A DNA stretch of 64,000 nucleotides from Zancudomyces culisetae HAW-14-8 (Eukaryota; Fungi; Kickxellomycota), in assembly GCA_052426225.1 (NCBI GenBank), contig JBNJNM010000006.1:2356001-2420000 (forward strand), read 5' to 3'. Within the stretch, counting starts at the first letter, position 1. Every line of letters begins with the position of its first letter. The position numbers and the translations under genes are program-made. The notes beneath the pieces were generated by a model, which was not told where the DNA came from, ran no database searches, and saw only the letters and a program-made list of their open reading frames with translations. Shown piece by piece: positions 21,801 to 32,863 of the stretch.

Positions 21801-23023
21801 ACCCACCATCACCTGATCTATTAAATAGGTTTCCGGAATTGCCAGATGCGCCTCTCATTACTTTTAATATGTGGAAAAACATATTTGGCCAAGCTCTGTT
21901 TCAAATTGGAGTCACCTTCTTTACCTTTTATATTGCGGATAATATATTTGGGCTTGACGATAGCAACCCGGCAGACATCAAAGTGTTGAAAACGATTACT
22001 TATAACACCTTTGTATTTATGCAACTATTTAACGAGTTTAACAGCAGAGTTCTTGGATCTCAGATTAATTGTTTCCGTGGTATTCTCAAAAACAACATTT
22101 TCATTGCGGTTGTAGTCAGTAGTGCAATTATACAGGCCATTATAGTTACCTATGGTGGTGTAGTCTTCCGTACTACAAAGATTACTCCCATGATGTGGTT
22201 GTACTGTATAGGTGTTGCAGCAATCACTTTGCCTGTTGGTTTGGTTTTGCGCGTCCTTCCTAACAGATGGTTGTGGTGGATGCTTCCAATTGTGTCACAA
22301 GATGTTTACCGAGAACAGGATCAAATGTATTGGGAGCCACCAGCTCAAACTGTTCAACGACAACTGGCATTCTTATCTATGGTTAGAGGTGGAAGACTCC
22401 GATCCACAAATATTCTGTCTCTCCGGTCTAGAAAAGCCTCAAAAGAAGGTGGCGGTCATGCTTCTGACAAGCAAAATGGAAGCGCATACCACGGTGATAT
22501 GGCTAAGAAGGGTATGTCACCCAGCGGTCATCAACAAAAACAGCGGGAGGCTATTTTACGTGTAGTGGCCGAGCTACCAAAGGACAGTCCTGAGGATATT
22601 AAAGCGAATCAGCTGGTAAAAACCTTATCTGGTGGAGCTGTTGCTGGTTCGCCTTCGGCTCTCCAACAAAAACTAACTGCTAGAGCTGTTGAGAGTAGTA
22701 AAGATACTGAGTATTACTACAACAAGCTACTCAAGTATCGTCCAAAACAAGACATAAACCTAGGTCTCCCAGGTGGTCAAGACGCTGATAATGGAAGCTC
22801 ATCTGGCATGTTGTCTAAGCTCAAGCTTGGACTCGGTTCTAAGGGGGACAAAAAGAGGGCGAATGGTGGTATCTCTGCAAGCCAGGGTGGGTTCAGTTTT
22901 GCGGCGGCGTTGGTGCCTAGTATGGTTGGTGCTAGTGTGGGTGCTGGAATGTCAGCCTCAAGCGCACCAAAGACTGATGAGATTTCAGATCTGATAGCCA
23001 AATTGTTGGATGAAAAAGAATAA
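18803..23023 (+). CDS. PMC1: P2B-type (PMCA/Pmc1) Ca2+-transporting ATPase, 1406 aa, intronless
   Basis: TGES, PEGLPLAVT, CSDKTGT, KGAPE, MVTGDN, TGDGTNDGPAL, QFQLTVN, WLNLIMDT, FNEFNSR. Confidence 0.96.
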   Translation: MSVSMGFKGSNSTGDDGEIRINRSVLSKMVAHKEFNTFKILGGTQSLVKGLRTDEKFGLTTLVPEQIPSGEWTNPIDFAKEYEHEIAKERPRGTIAAVKVGTSYQKGELEWVDELEKLQTTFETRIKEFGINYIPQEKPKSFIQVLLIALNDKMIILLCIAATVSLALGIYQDVTGKDDDPDTGLNWIEGFSILVAVLGVVLVSSVNDFQKEKQFKKLNNKKQDRTVYVTRNGTKQGVSVNCVMVGDILHVEAGDVLCADAIVISGSNLEADESSVTGESDPVRKLTLEELEAKEAEEQEYKKAVAEENGEILESAEAKKKHDIIRHTDPFLISGSLIVNGIGECVVVAVGENSSHGRIMMSFRTEDEATPLQEKLNVLAEVIAVIGGVAAVLMLLILLLKYVLQLIKNIVPRDASSIIGALIAIIIETLTIIVVAIPEGLPLAVTLTLAVATVRMLKDNCLVRQLAACETMGNATTICSDKTGTLTQNVMTVVAGTVGNGVGFKVYPKDTMKAMPGEKNTGMSLDNATLKGIESESTEVGFHEFEGKVPAHTLELITNAIAVNSTAFTMAVEDSKTKPEGEKRKSVFEGLLPKKRKDTAKNDEELKITATDDHGTGRKVDSFTGSSTEVALLQWAQRMGFTDVIKRREESDTVSVYPFSSLKKSMSVLVKLVDPKDDTEFYRLYIKGAPEVLLKGCTKILNVSGGYLQESADSTEDTRESIPVTQMDNQEIERIEGIIERYASQALRTIGLAYVDIKDIHDIDMDSTDSDDVIKSTDGMTWLGVFGIEDPLRDGVTAAVNHCQRAGIMVRMVTGDNLLTAKAIAKQCGIYTPELGGVILEGRHFRKLSPEEMKVVVPRLQVLSRSSPEDKRVLVNWLKENGNVVAATGDGTNDGPALKAANIGFSMGMSGTEIAKEASDIILMDDNFTSIVSALIWGRCVNDSVKKFLQFQLTVNITAVFIAFITSVTSENRESLFTSVQLLWLNLIMDTLAALALATDPPSPDLLNRFPELPDAPLITFNMWKNIFGQALFQIGVTFFTFYIADNIFGLDDSNPADIKVLKTITYNTFVFMQLFNEFNSRVLGSQINCFRGILKNNIFIAVVVSSAIIQAIIVTYGGVVFRTTKITPMMWLYCIGVAAITLPVGLVLRVLPNRWLWWMLPIVSQDVYREQDQMYWEPPAQTVQRQLAFLSMVRGGRLRSTNILSLRSRKASKEGGGHASDKQNGSAYHGDMAKKGMSPSGHQQKQREAILRVVAELPKDSPEDIKANQLVKTLSGGAVAGSPSALQQKLTARAVESSKDTEYYYNKLLKYRPKQDINLGLPGGQDADNGSSSGMLSKLKLGLGSKGDKKRANGGISASQGGFSFAAALVPSMVGASVGAGMSASSAPKTDEISDLIAKLLDEKE

Positions 23024-23265
23024 CTGAATATGTTTTATTATGTTTTATTTTTTATTTTTTTTCGCGCTTTATTTTATATCCCCATTATTATTTTCTTTTT
23101 TACATATCAATATCTCACTTTTTATATACGATTTATTTGTGATCATGTATGACACAAATACGTTAACTATTCTCTATGTGGAACTAGGTTGATGATAACT
23201 ACTACTATTTTTAGTAATTAAAATCTTACCAAATTGTAAAATAAACTAAGAAATAGATTACCAAC

Positions 23266-23297
23266 AACACCAACACCAATACCAACACCAACACCAA
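23266..23297. repeat. (CAACAC)n microsatellite between convergent genes
   Basis: caacaccaacaccaataccaacaccaacacca read directly. Confidence 0.7.
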
Positions 23298-23413
23298 TTG
23301 CTATTACTAAAACTATTACTTGTTATTTGTTATTTGTAGTTATTGAGAATGCAAATATTCAAACAAATGTTAAACACAATCAAAGTAAAAAAAAAGAAAA
23401 AGCGAGCCAAATA

Positions 23414-26400
23414 TTATTCCTGACTGTATCGTAGGTTGGAAAACTCATTAGTCACAAAATAATCTGATCCATACTCATCATAAATCTTTCTGGTCAGAAA
23501 ACTAGTACTACAATTAGCCTTGGAGTTGCTCCACAAACTGGCGCCTTTCCAACCGTCATTTGGCGAAGAACTGGTGGTAATATTGATTTTGTCACCAACC
23601 GGCCATATTTTGATCAGCTCAGCACGTAGCCTTTCCTCGAATCCTTTAATTGAACTTGGCTCCATCACTCCAGCTCCTCCATTCATATTTATAAATATAT
23701 TTCTAGTGCCTTTTCCGTTGCCTGATGTTGACCTATTGCTGCTGGCAATTTTGGGATAAATGTGGCTAATCAGTTCAATAAGTCCCATTTGTTCAACTCC
23801 GATAATCGATGGATCAAAAATAATTTCAGGAACACGGATTCTCTCAACATTCAGGTGCATCTGGAAACTTCTAGCCAGCAGTTCATTGCTGCTGCTAACA
23901 TCGTTGTCTGTACCGTTTTTGTTTGTCTCGGGAAGTGCTGGGTCGTCAAGTATAGGCTCGAGGTTTCCGTAGTAATATCGGTACATCAGGCTAGATCGGA
24001 TTTCGTCTTTGGCTTTGTCATCCAGCTTTCGCAAGTATTCGGCGTCGTACTGGCACAGCTTTTCATTAAGCTGTACCAACTCTGCCTGGATATCTTCTTC
24101 GTCGGATCCCACCCCTTCCTCTTTACTAATGTCCAAATAAATATCCCAGTCACTATCGTTTTCTCCAAACTTGTCATCATCATCATCACCCCTACCGTTC
24201 CCGGCATTGTAGCGTCTCCGCGTGCTACCGCCCCTTCCCACGCCCCCACCCCCACCGCTATTACCTCCACCCCCACCTCCATCGCCTCTGCCCTCGCCTC
24301 CTGCCAAATCAGCTATCGATCGCATCCGCTGTTGCGATGCCGCGCTCTTCCTATCCGACAGTTCCTTCTTCATAGCCCTTTTTTGCCTCATTCTATCCAC
24401 CAACTGTGTCCGCTTATCCTTTAATTGCGATAGCCATACTTCAAAACTATTTATTCTCAACTCTTCATCCTTTCGTCTATCCTCTTCCAACAGTCTCTTC
24501 TCCTCCTCCTTGGCCGCCCTCAACTTATCCCTTGCCTCCATGTTTGCTTTTAGTAGCTTTTGTTTTCGCTTTTCTTTGAGTTCTTCTGGTCCCAGCTGTT
24601 CATCTGGCACATCCACCAAATCAAATACCGGCTGCTCCTTCGTTTCTACAAAATCCTTATCTGTGGCTTTTCTTACCCGTATTTCTACCTTTTTTGCCTC
24701 TGCTTCTAGCTCTGCCCTGGTTTTTATCCCATAGTTTTTTAATTCTTGCTATTTAATATTTTCAATGTTATACATGTGTTTTGTTTTTTTGATTTAAAAC
24801 TAAAGTCTCTGCAACACTCTCTTTATCTAAAAAAAATCATAGAGCATATAAAAGTAAATGCTGAAACCACGTATAATATACCTTGAATCTGGGACTATCA
24901 TCGTCATCGTTTGCCAGGATATCTCTGAGTAACTCCAGTAGCTCTATGTTCCTTTGCAACTTCTCTTTTTGAACTCTCGCTGCTATTTCTGACATTTTCT
25001 TGGCATTCTCTCTTCGTCGCTCTGCTTGCTCCTCTTTCTCCTGCTCAGACTTTTCCTCAATAGCCTAAGGATTCCAAAAAAACAATTAATTGTACGAATA
25101 TGTTTATCTAATAAAAAGTATTACCACGCGCAAACAAAGCCCCCAACCCCTCCGTCTCCAACCTGTCAGGTCGCTGGCCATACAACCTTTTTACAACTCC
25201 TACTTACCTTGTATGAAAACTGGATTATCCGATCTTCCTTCTCCAATTTGTCTCTGCTTAGTATATCTTGAATTTCTCTCTGATAGTCCTTTGCATAATA
25301 TCCATGTTCATACAAAAGTGACTTTGTCTGATACAAATTGATCTTTGTTGGGAATGTTGGGTACTTGAGTTGTAGTAATTTCATCATCGTCTCAATCAAC
25401 ATGTTGCCTCCCACATTTATTCTATTTTGCCGCGTTTGTTAAAAATAAATCGATAGATCGTTAGTATAATCCAACAACTGTAGCAATAACGAGGTATACA
25501 CCAAAAAAAAAGTTAATAAAAACTATAATGATTGTATGTACCTTTTGGCGTCCTTCAATTGTGGAACCCCATCGACAACTGGGATTAAATGAGTTGACAC
25601 ACTCCCTGTGTCTATGATTAGTCCTGTTTTTTCAGGGTCTGCGGCACGTTTGTTATACCAATAATTCCAGGATGGTTCAATTCCATATGCTACTTTAGGA
25701 ATTCTGTATCCTTCAAACAGCAGCTCGCTCATTCCTATTTGTGTATAAATGGCCTGTTAGACTTTTGCATACTTATTTTCCTCCAATACACACACTTTTC
25801 CCAACGAATACGTTTCACAAATAAAGGGTGGGCACTATCGGACAGTTTTTCAATAACATATTACCTTTTCTACAGCTTGTTAAGTTGGATATTGGCTCTG
25901 TCATTACTACCGGATGGTCCACTTTATCTCCTTCGATTCCCAGATTCAAAAATATATAATCCAGTGTGTTTTCCTAGAATATTTAAATTGCACACATATA
26001 TTAAGAATTAATCAATACTAACAAAGATGAACAAGCAGGGTTAGCAATGTTGCTCAACTGTCTAGCTAGTTGTAAAGTATACACCTATCTCCGGTTGTTG
26101 AAAAATACTTTTTTAAAGTTCTGATATTAGGAATGAAACCTTACAACAACGTCAAAGTTATTAATCAAGCCCCCGTCAAAAGCGGTCTTGATGTTGCTGT
26201 ACCCAATCGAATCAACATATATATCGCTCCCCACCAGTACTGTATTTCCTGGACCTCCTTTCTTGTTTCTGAACTTAGATATCATATTTTCGAATACAAC
26301 TATACAATCACAAATACAAATGTAATATAAATATATAACACTTTCAATAGATTTCAAAGATTTATTATTATTTTTTTTACAAAAATTGTTTATACGGAAT

Positions 26401-26745
26401 GCTTCATACAAAGAATGGAGAGAATGAAATGTACACACATATAAAAAAATATATTTCATGGATACTTACGCCGTGGTTCATTTTCGGTGTTCCATCCTGC
26501 CTTGCACACATCAACACCTATTTATTAATCATTTTATATTTATTACTGGAAATGGATTATTTCAACTATATCACTTGTTGCAAATTACACACGAAAGTCT
26601 TCCATTTACTCAAGATAAATCAACACGTACCATAGTCAATAACTATTCCCGTACCGTCTCTGAATTTTGAATAGTCCGTATAAGGCTCTCTATATTTATC
26701 CTGTTTCGGTAATTCAGGCGCCTCAAAAACATTGTGGTTTGTCAT
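23414..26745 (-). CDS. ARP5: Actin-related protein 5 (INO80 complex), multi-exon
   Basis: Exon 1 (26631-26745) ends IVIDYG before gtacgt. Later exons include CKAGW, MSELLFEGYRIPKVAYGI, GLIIDTG and LLQLKYPTFP, then a charged coiled-coil insert with RKSAASQQRM and FGENDSDW, and QMHLNVERIRVPEIIF. Not every internal exon boundary was verified. Confidence 0.9.
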
Positions 26746-27318
26746 TTTGTTGCTTGGAATTGATTTACCGCTAGTTTTACTGATTCTGTTCGATCCTTAT
26801 ACTTTATTCAAAAAGTAAAATTACTAAGATTTTTCTTTTATAAAGTCATGTAATAGGTACTATAGAGAAAAACTTGGTGCAGTACAAAATGGATTGATTT
26901 CTATAAATTATCTCGTTTTTTAGATGCTCAGTCTTTTTTCGAGTTGAACCTTATAACCTAATTATATTGTTTAAATACTCAAAACAAATATAAATACAAC
27001 AAAACGAAAATCCGCACAATATTTTTTTTGTTTACAAACTGTAAAATTATTCAACCTCAATTTTTCGTAAAAATTCTAATTAAACCACCTTCTAAACCTT
27101 TCAACCATAACCCAATTGCTAATTAGCTGTAGATAGGCACGGCTGCTTGTACCAGAAAATTTGATCCAACGCGTTTCTTTGGCCGTGCTTTACCCAACAA
27201 CTTGTTTTATTGTAACATTATCACGTAAACAAGAATAATAATAAACTATTGCAAATGCATTTATGATATGAATTATCATCAAAAATAAAAACTACCACTT
27301 TGAAGTAGAATTGGATAC

Positions 27319-28509
27319 CTATTTGCCCTTGTATATGGGTTTTCTCTTTTCTTTAAAGGCCAAAAGACCCTCATTACGGTCTTCTGTACCAAGAACCGTA
27401 GTGTAGCACTGATGTTCAATGCCCAACCCTGTTTTCAAGTCTGTGTGTGCTCCCATATCAATCGCCTTTTTCGCCATTTTTACAGCAACTGGACCCTGCA
27501 TAGCTATTCTCCGAGCCCATTCCAATGCTAATTCATATCCAGAATTTGACACTCCCTTGGTGTCTGCTATCTGTCTCTTTTCGTTGTTACCCACATAGTC
27601 GCTGATAACTCCGTACTGGTAGCTCAGCTCTGGATTTATTCTAGCACTCGTGTATATCAATTCTTTTGCTTTTGATGCACCTATTAGCTTTGTTAGTCTT
27701 TGTGTTCCGCCTGCGCCGGGTATTATAGCTAACGATGTTTCAGTGAGTCCAAGAATTCCTTTCTTGCCAGCAACTCTCATATCACACGAAAGCGCCATTT
27801 CTAATCCCCCACCGAAAGCGGCTCCATCGAGTGCTGCTATTGTTGGTATTTGTAGTTCCTCGAGTTCGCTAAAAGTCTGTTTCAGGGTATATAAAAAATC
27901 CCAAACTTCCTGTTGGGTCATGGATACTCGCTCTTTTAGATCCGCACCAGCGCAGAACACTCCATCAACTTTACTTTGCAGCACCAGCACCCTTGCCTCC
28001 CTATTTATAATACATTCAGAATTTTGGTTTTGGTTTTGGTTTTGGTTTTTGTTATCGTTCATCCTAATGCTTTCCTTTTTGATAATACTCATTTGAAACA
28101 CCAACTTACGTGTCGTTGCGGATACTTTTTAAATTTTCTTTGAATTCATTTAAGAATTTCCTTGAAATTGCATTTTTAGCTTTTGGTCTGTCCATGCAAA
28201 GTGTTATTATTCCTAGTTTTACCGGTATTATTTGATCCAAATTTACAAAAATTGTTGCTGAACAACGAGTTGTTGATATATAAACAAAAAAAAAACTAAA
28301 AGAAAGATCGAAAAAATTATAATGAAAAATTAGACTTTGTACGTACCTTTGTCGGTGCCCTCGCTTCGAACCAAGTAGCATTCCTTTAAAATACTCTCTG
28401 CCTTTGTTTCCAAATTCCTTCTCGAAATGGTGAGTATTTTCCCGTAGGAGCATCTGCCGAACCTTGTGGTGTACTGAACACTCGATTTTCCAGCCGAAGT
28501 CAATATCAT
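27319..28509 (-). CDS. Mitochondrial enoyl-CoA hydratase/crotonase, methylglutaconyl-CoA hydratase (AUH)-like; exons 28347-28509, 28110-28212, 27319-28000
   Basis: Basic presequence; DRPKAKNAIS, FCAGADLKER, AFGGGLEMAL, ETSLAIIPGAGGTQRL; GT-AG introns keep the frame. Confidence 0.9.
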
Positions 28510-30061
28510 TATTAAATGTAATTCGAATTCTCAATTTCCCGTTTTTTGCACAACTTATTTTTTTTCTTATTGAAACTGGAAATAAAGTGTTAAACATTTA
28601 TTGTTCTACCAATAAACGAAACAATTCTGGGCTATTCTCCATTTACCAAGCGCGCGAATCATTCTTCTTTTGCTGGCCAATGCGGAGTTTCGAATTGGAA
28701 ATTGCACATAAAAGCCGATCGTTTCTTAATTGTGGTCAAAGACAAAAAATCTTAGAGTTTATCATGATAATAGATAATCGTTACCATAAGTATCCAATGA
28801 CGGGATAGATTGATTATTTATAACTCGGATCACCACGATCTTGAGATAGGAGAAATATTAGTGTGCTGTATAAGAACAGGAATAATATGTCCTTGCTATA
28901 AACTCATCAGTATACTCATAGTATGACAAAGACATACTCTTAATTCTGATGGAATATGACATTCATGCATCCGTAAAAGAATATTAACCAATTTTTTAAC
29001 TTATAACTATAAAAACACCCAATACACGTATTTTTATCCGAATGCCTAATTCATTGTGACCTCTTGTTTAATATATCTAAACCTAATAGATGAAAAAAAA
29101 AGATTAATAAAAGTGCAAATGGTCTCACATGGTAATAAACGTATACAAAAAGAAAATACCTAATAATTGGGCATCTAGATACTTAGGTATATTATAATTT
29201 ATTAGGGCTAACATACATTTAACTAAAGTTTTTAAATCAAATATTCGATAATAGTTTCCACCAGTTTATTCTATGATACAAATGACCAATTTAGAGCGTA
29301 TTAGCTACACCGCAGTACAAGTATATTCAAGAAAAGTATTCACCATCTTGCTATAGGTGGAAAAAGATAATTTTTATTTAGACAGGTTCCGAAGTCTAAA
29401 GAAAATGGTGCTTGGATCTAGTCCAAACTATTGTAATACTCTCTTAGGAGCGATCCAAGTGGTGCTGCACACCCCCAGAAGTAAGCTCAAAATAACAGAG
29501 GGGAAAATATCATAACACTGCCTCTCAGAGTCATGAGAACCGCAATAAATTGTAATAACACCCACACGTGAGATGCATAAATAGAGAACAAAGTGCGCGG
29601 CTACTGCAAACACATGTAAACAGCCTATCCAATTCAATTCGATTTGATCGATCACAGCGATTGCATCAAAACAAGCACATCCATTCCCCTGGAGCTCATA
29701 CTTATATGATTCTCACTCGCTCACCCACACTGCCCGACACGAGCACCGCAGACACAGAGAGTCATAAGACCAATAAATATGACTCAAAAACGATCTATAA
29801 ACATTACCTACCGCTATCCACTGCCACATTAATAATGCCTTTTTAAAAAAATTTATTACCAAAAATACAGAAAAATTAAAATGGGGTCGTTGGAAGTTAA
29901 AATAATAAGTGACTAATAATACATAGAAACGGGAGAAAAATCAGTTAATTTCCTGCTTGGATACACCAAAAAGGCGTATAATAAACCAGTAATGTTCAAA
30001 AAGTGACACACACCCTAAAAACACAAATTTGATTCCCTCACACGAGAATAGCTAATCTCGC

Positions 30062-30367
30062 TCATTTCTGGGTAAACTCCTCATCCAAGGATCCCAACTC
30101 ACCCTTCTCAATGAACTCTGCCCAGGTACTTCTAACCGGGACGCCTGTGGTATCGTTCCCAGGAGTCATGCCTCTGGAGACGCCGCCGCTTCCAATAAGG
30201 ATTTGATTTAAAACTTCAGAGTTTATGTTGTCTATCGAACCATATTCGTTGTTCTTTATTTCACTGTGGTGTTCATCACTAGTAAAACGTCTTACACCAC
30301 ATGCTCGAGCACAGGTTGAGGCGGCAGCTCTCGAGACAGTTTTGCTCATTATTCTTGCAGGAATCAT
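30062..30367 (-). CDS. Hypothetical 101-aa protein with a mitochondrial-like presequence
   Basis: GC-richer ORF in AT-rich surroundings. The N-terminus is rich in R/S/A with no acidic residues up to RRF-TS. Confidence 0.55.
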   Translation of the reverse strand: MIPARIMSKTVSRAAASTCARACGVRRFTSDEHHSEIKNNEYGSIDNINSEVLNQILIGSGGVSRGMTPGNDTTGVPVRSTWAEFIEKGELGSLDEEFTQK

Positions 30368-32863
30368 TTCAGCTTTTGTTTTCTTTTTTAAAAGATAGTC
30401 GGTATTAATAAAGTAAAGGCTCTTTGTTTACACAACGATAAGCAGACAAAAACAAACGTCCTAAGTCAATTTAGGTATTCTTTTAGATATTTTAGTTGCT
30501 TTCAACAATAATTATATCCTGTTATTCTGATATTTTCAGGAGTTAGAATACGTTTGATGGAACCTTGTGTTCACTTTCTGTCCTTATATACTTTTCTATA
30601 TCTCTATTTCTCTTTCCATCCTCTTTTCGTCTTTTTCTTTTTTTTCTCTCACCTTCTATCTTTTTTTCCCCCGCTTTTGTTTTGTTGCTCTACCGAATCA
30701 CTATTATAAATTAGTTGCGTTTACAATAAAGCTGTACAATTTGCCCTGCAATAGCAGGTTTTTGATATCATAAAAGCCATTTTTTTCCATTTCCTAAAGT
30801 GACATCGAAAAATCCTGCCTTGATTTCCCATTTATGTATTTACGTAATTCGCTTTGCAACTGTTTTCACTGCAGATCCCGATAAAATCAATTTTACAAAA
30901 CCTTTAAAACGCTGGGTCTTATGACTGCCTTCTTAAAATGCAGCAAATGTTTTTTGTGCCATTTTTGATCGATATGACTTTTACACTCAAGTAGTGCCTC
31001 AATATGAGATAGTATCCAACCACAATCGCTGCCATTTTCATAGGCCAGGTTTTTTCTCTCTCAAACAGAAAGAAGATGCATTTTTTTTGTTTGCAAGAAA
31101 GGAAATTAAATATCCCATTAACACATTTAGAAAAGTGAGTTGTTTGAACCAAACAAAGTTAAAAAAAATTCCCTTTTGATTCGCCTAAGGTCCAAACATT
31201 GTTAATTTTTTTATTGCTGGCTATCTCGCTTTTGTTGATCACACATACGTTTTAAACAACAAAATCAAGGCAAAAGGGAATCCCATGATTAACCATTGTT
31301 TTTTTTTTCGTCGGCTTTAAACATTTTTTTCTCTAGTAATGGAAATATGCTCCATATTTTGTGTCTGAAGAACGGTGTAAATCATAACCTCTCCCCACTC
31401 TGTTCTGAACTCTGCCCTCATGCCACCAGCACACAGAAAAAAAATAGAGACAAAATGGGGGGGATGAAGCGGGAGGAAAAATGAGAATGTCCTACGTGTT
31501 TTAATAAAACTTTGTTTATCTGAAAATCGAGCTTTGCATATTGCTTTTTTCGACGCCATGACCAGTAAAATTACACACATATTCATCAGCTGGAGAACAT
31601 GGTTTGAATGTACCAGTTGCTAGATGGATGGCAATATAAACCGTGTTCGTGGTGCTCGTTTCAAAAATTACGTAATTGCGTATATTACATAATTTTTAGT
31701 ATGCTATCCTATTATTAACCAAGTTCATGCTGGTGACATATCAATGCTCTTATCAATTGGGGATCATATCACTGTAAATATTTAACTATTGGTTTTTGAG
31801 GTTGATATTATGTATTGAGCTTGTTGCATTTGTGTACCATTCTATTAAAACCAAGCACGGAAACTCGGTTCCTGGAAATGCATCTTTACGAACCTATGAA
31901 AAAGCAACATTAGTGAAAAGCGTATATACATTTATTTTTTAGAGAATTGGAGAACAGATCTGTTTGGCTAAGCATAAATCTCGCACAATTCCGGGATGTC
32001 ATAGCTTTTATCAACGTATTAAGCGGTGATGTTCTTATCGATTTTAGATCAGTCAGAGACCCATCTCCAAATCAGAAAATATATTTTTTGTAAACCACGC
32101 GGTGTAGTACAAAACTTCATATGCCACAGATACATAATTCACATAGATTTACACGGTTAAAGCTTTCAAAAGCGTCAAAAGCGAAATATATACAGTATGA
32201 ATGCATTCATTTATTTTCTGGCTCTTTTTAGCTGCTGTTTTTTGCATAAGACAAGTTGAGTTACATCAATTATCTGAACATTGTAAAACTTTATCGATTT
32301 GAATTTATCTAAACCTTGATAATAAACGTAAACAGCCATTTTGGCTAAATCACGCCAGTTTTTTTTTGAAAAAACATCAGCCTTTACAATTTCGTAAGAG
32401 AATTATGCAGAAAAAGTAAGGTAAATAGAGGTCACATGTGGTTCATGCAAAATGAAAAGAAAACAAAAAAAAACGATAATAATGTTAGCGATAATAAAAA
32501 GCATAATGATTGGACATAAAGGCAGTTAAGTAGATGCTCTGTTACCGGAACGGATCTCTTTTTAAATGTGTTTACTTTTGCATGATGTAACAAAGCAAAC
32601 TGAAACAGAACTGAAACAAATAGACAAAAGCACAAATCAATACCGTGATAGTCTCAGAGATCGTTGAAGGAAGGGAGGGAGGGAGGAATGAATAAAACAA
32701 GATCAATGTAAAATCGCCGAGCAGACAGTTAGCCATTTAAACACTCCAGTGTTTGACCCTTCCAGGCCTCCTAACTGCTGACGATTTCCACATTGTGGAG
32801 CTACGCCCCGCCTATTATTATTTTTCTTTTAGTGCAGACGGGTTCTTGGAGCATTCTATCAAA

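Noticed and set aside
24222-24734. Proline-rich plus-strand ORF and C-rich tract
   Set aside because: Antisense of the glycine-rich linker in ARP5.
28106-28597. 163-aa ORF from the track as the hydratase N-terminus
   Set aside because: It reads exon 1 in the wrong frame and runs through an intron; the spliced frame from ATG 28509 fits better.
32333-32358. GCCATTTTGGCTAAATCA resembling the U2 snRNA 5' stem
   Set aside because: Lacks the following GTGTAGTA branch-pairing sequence and other U2 elements.
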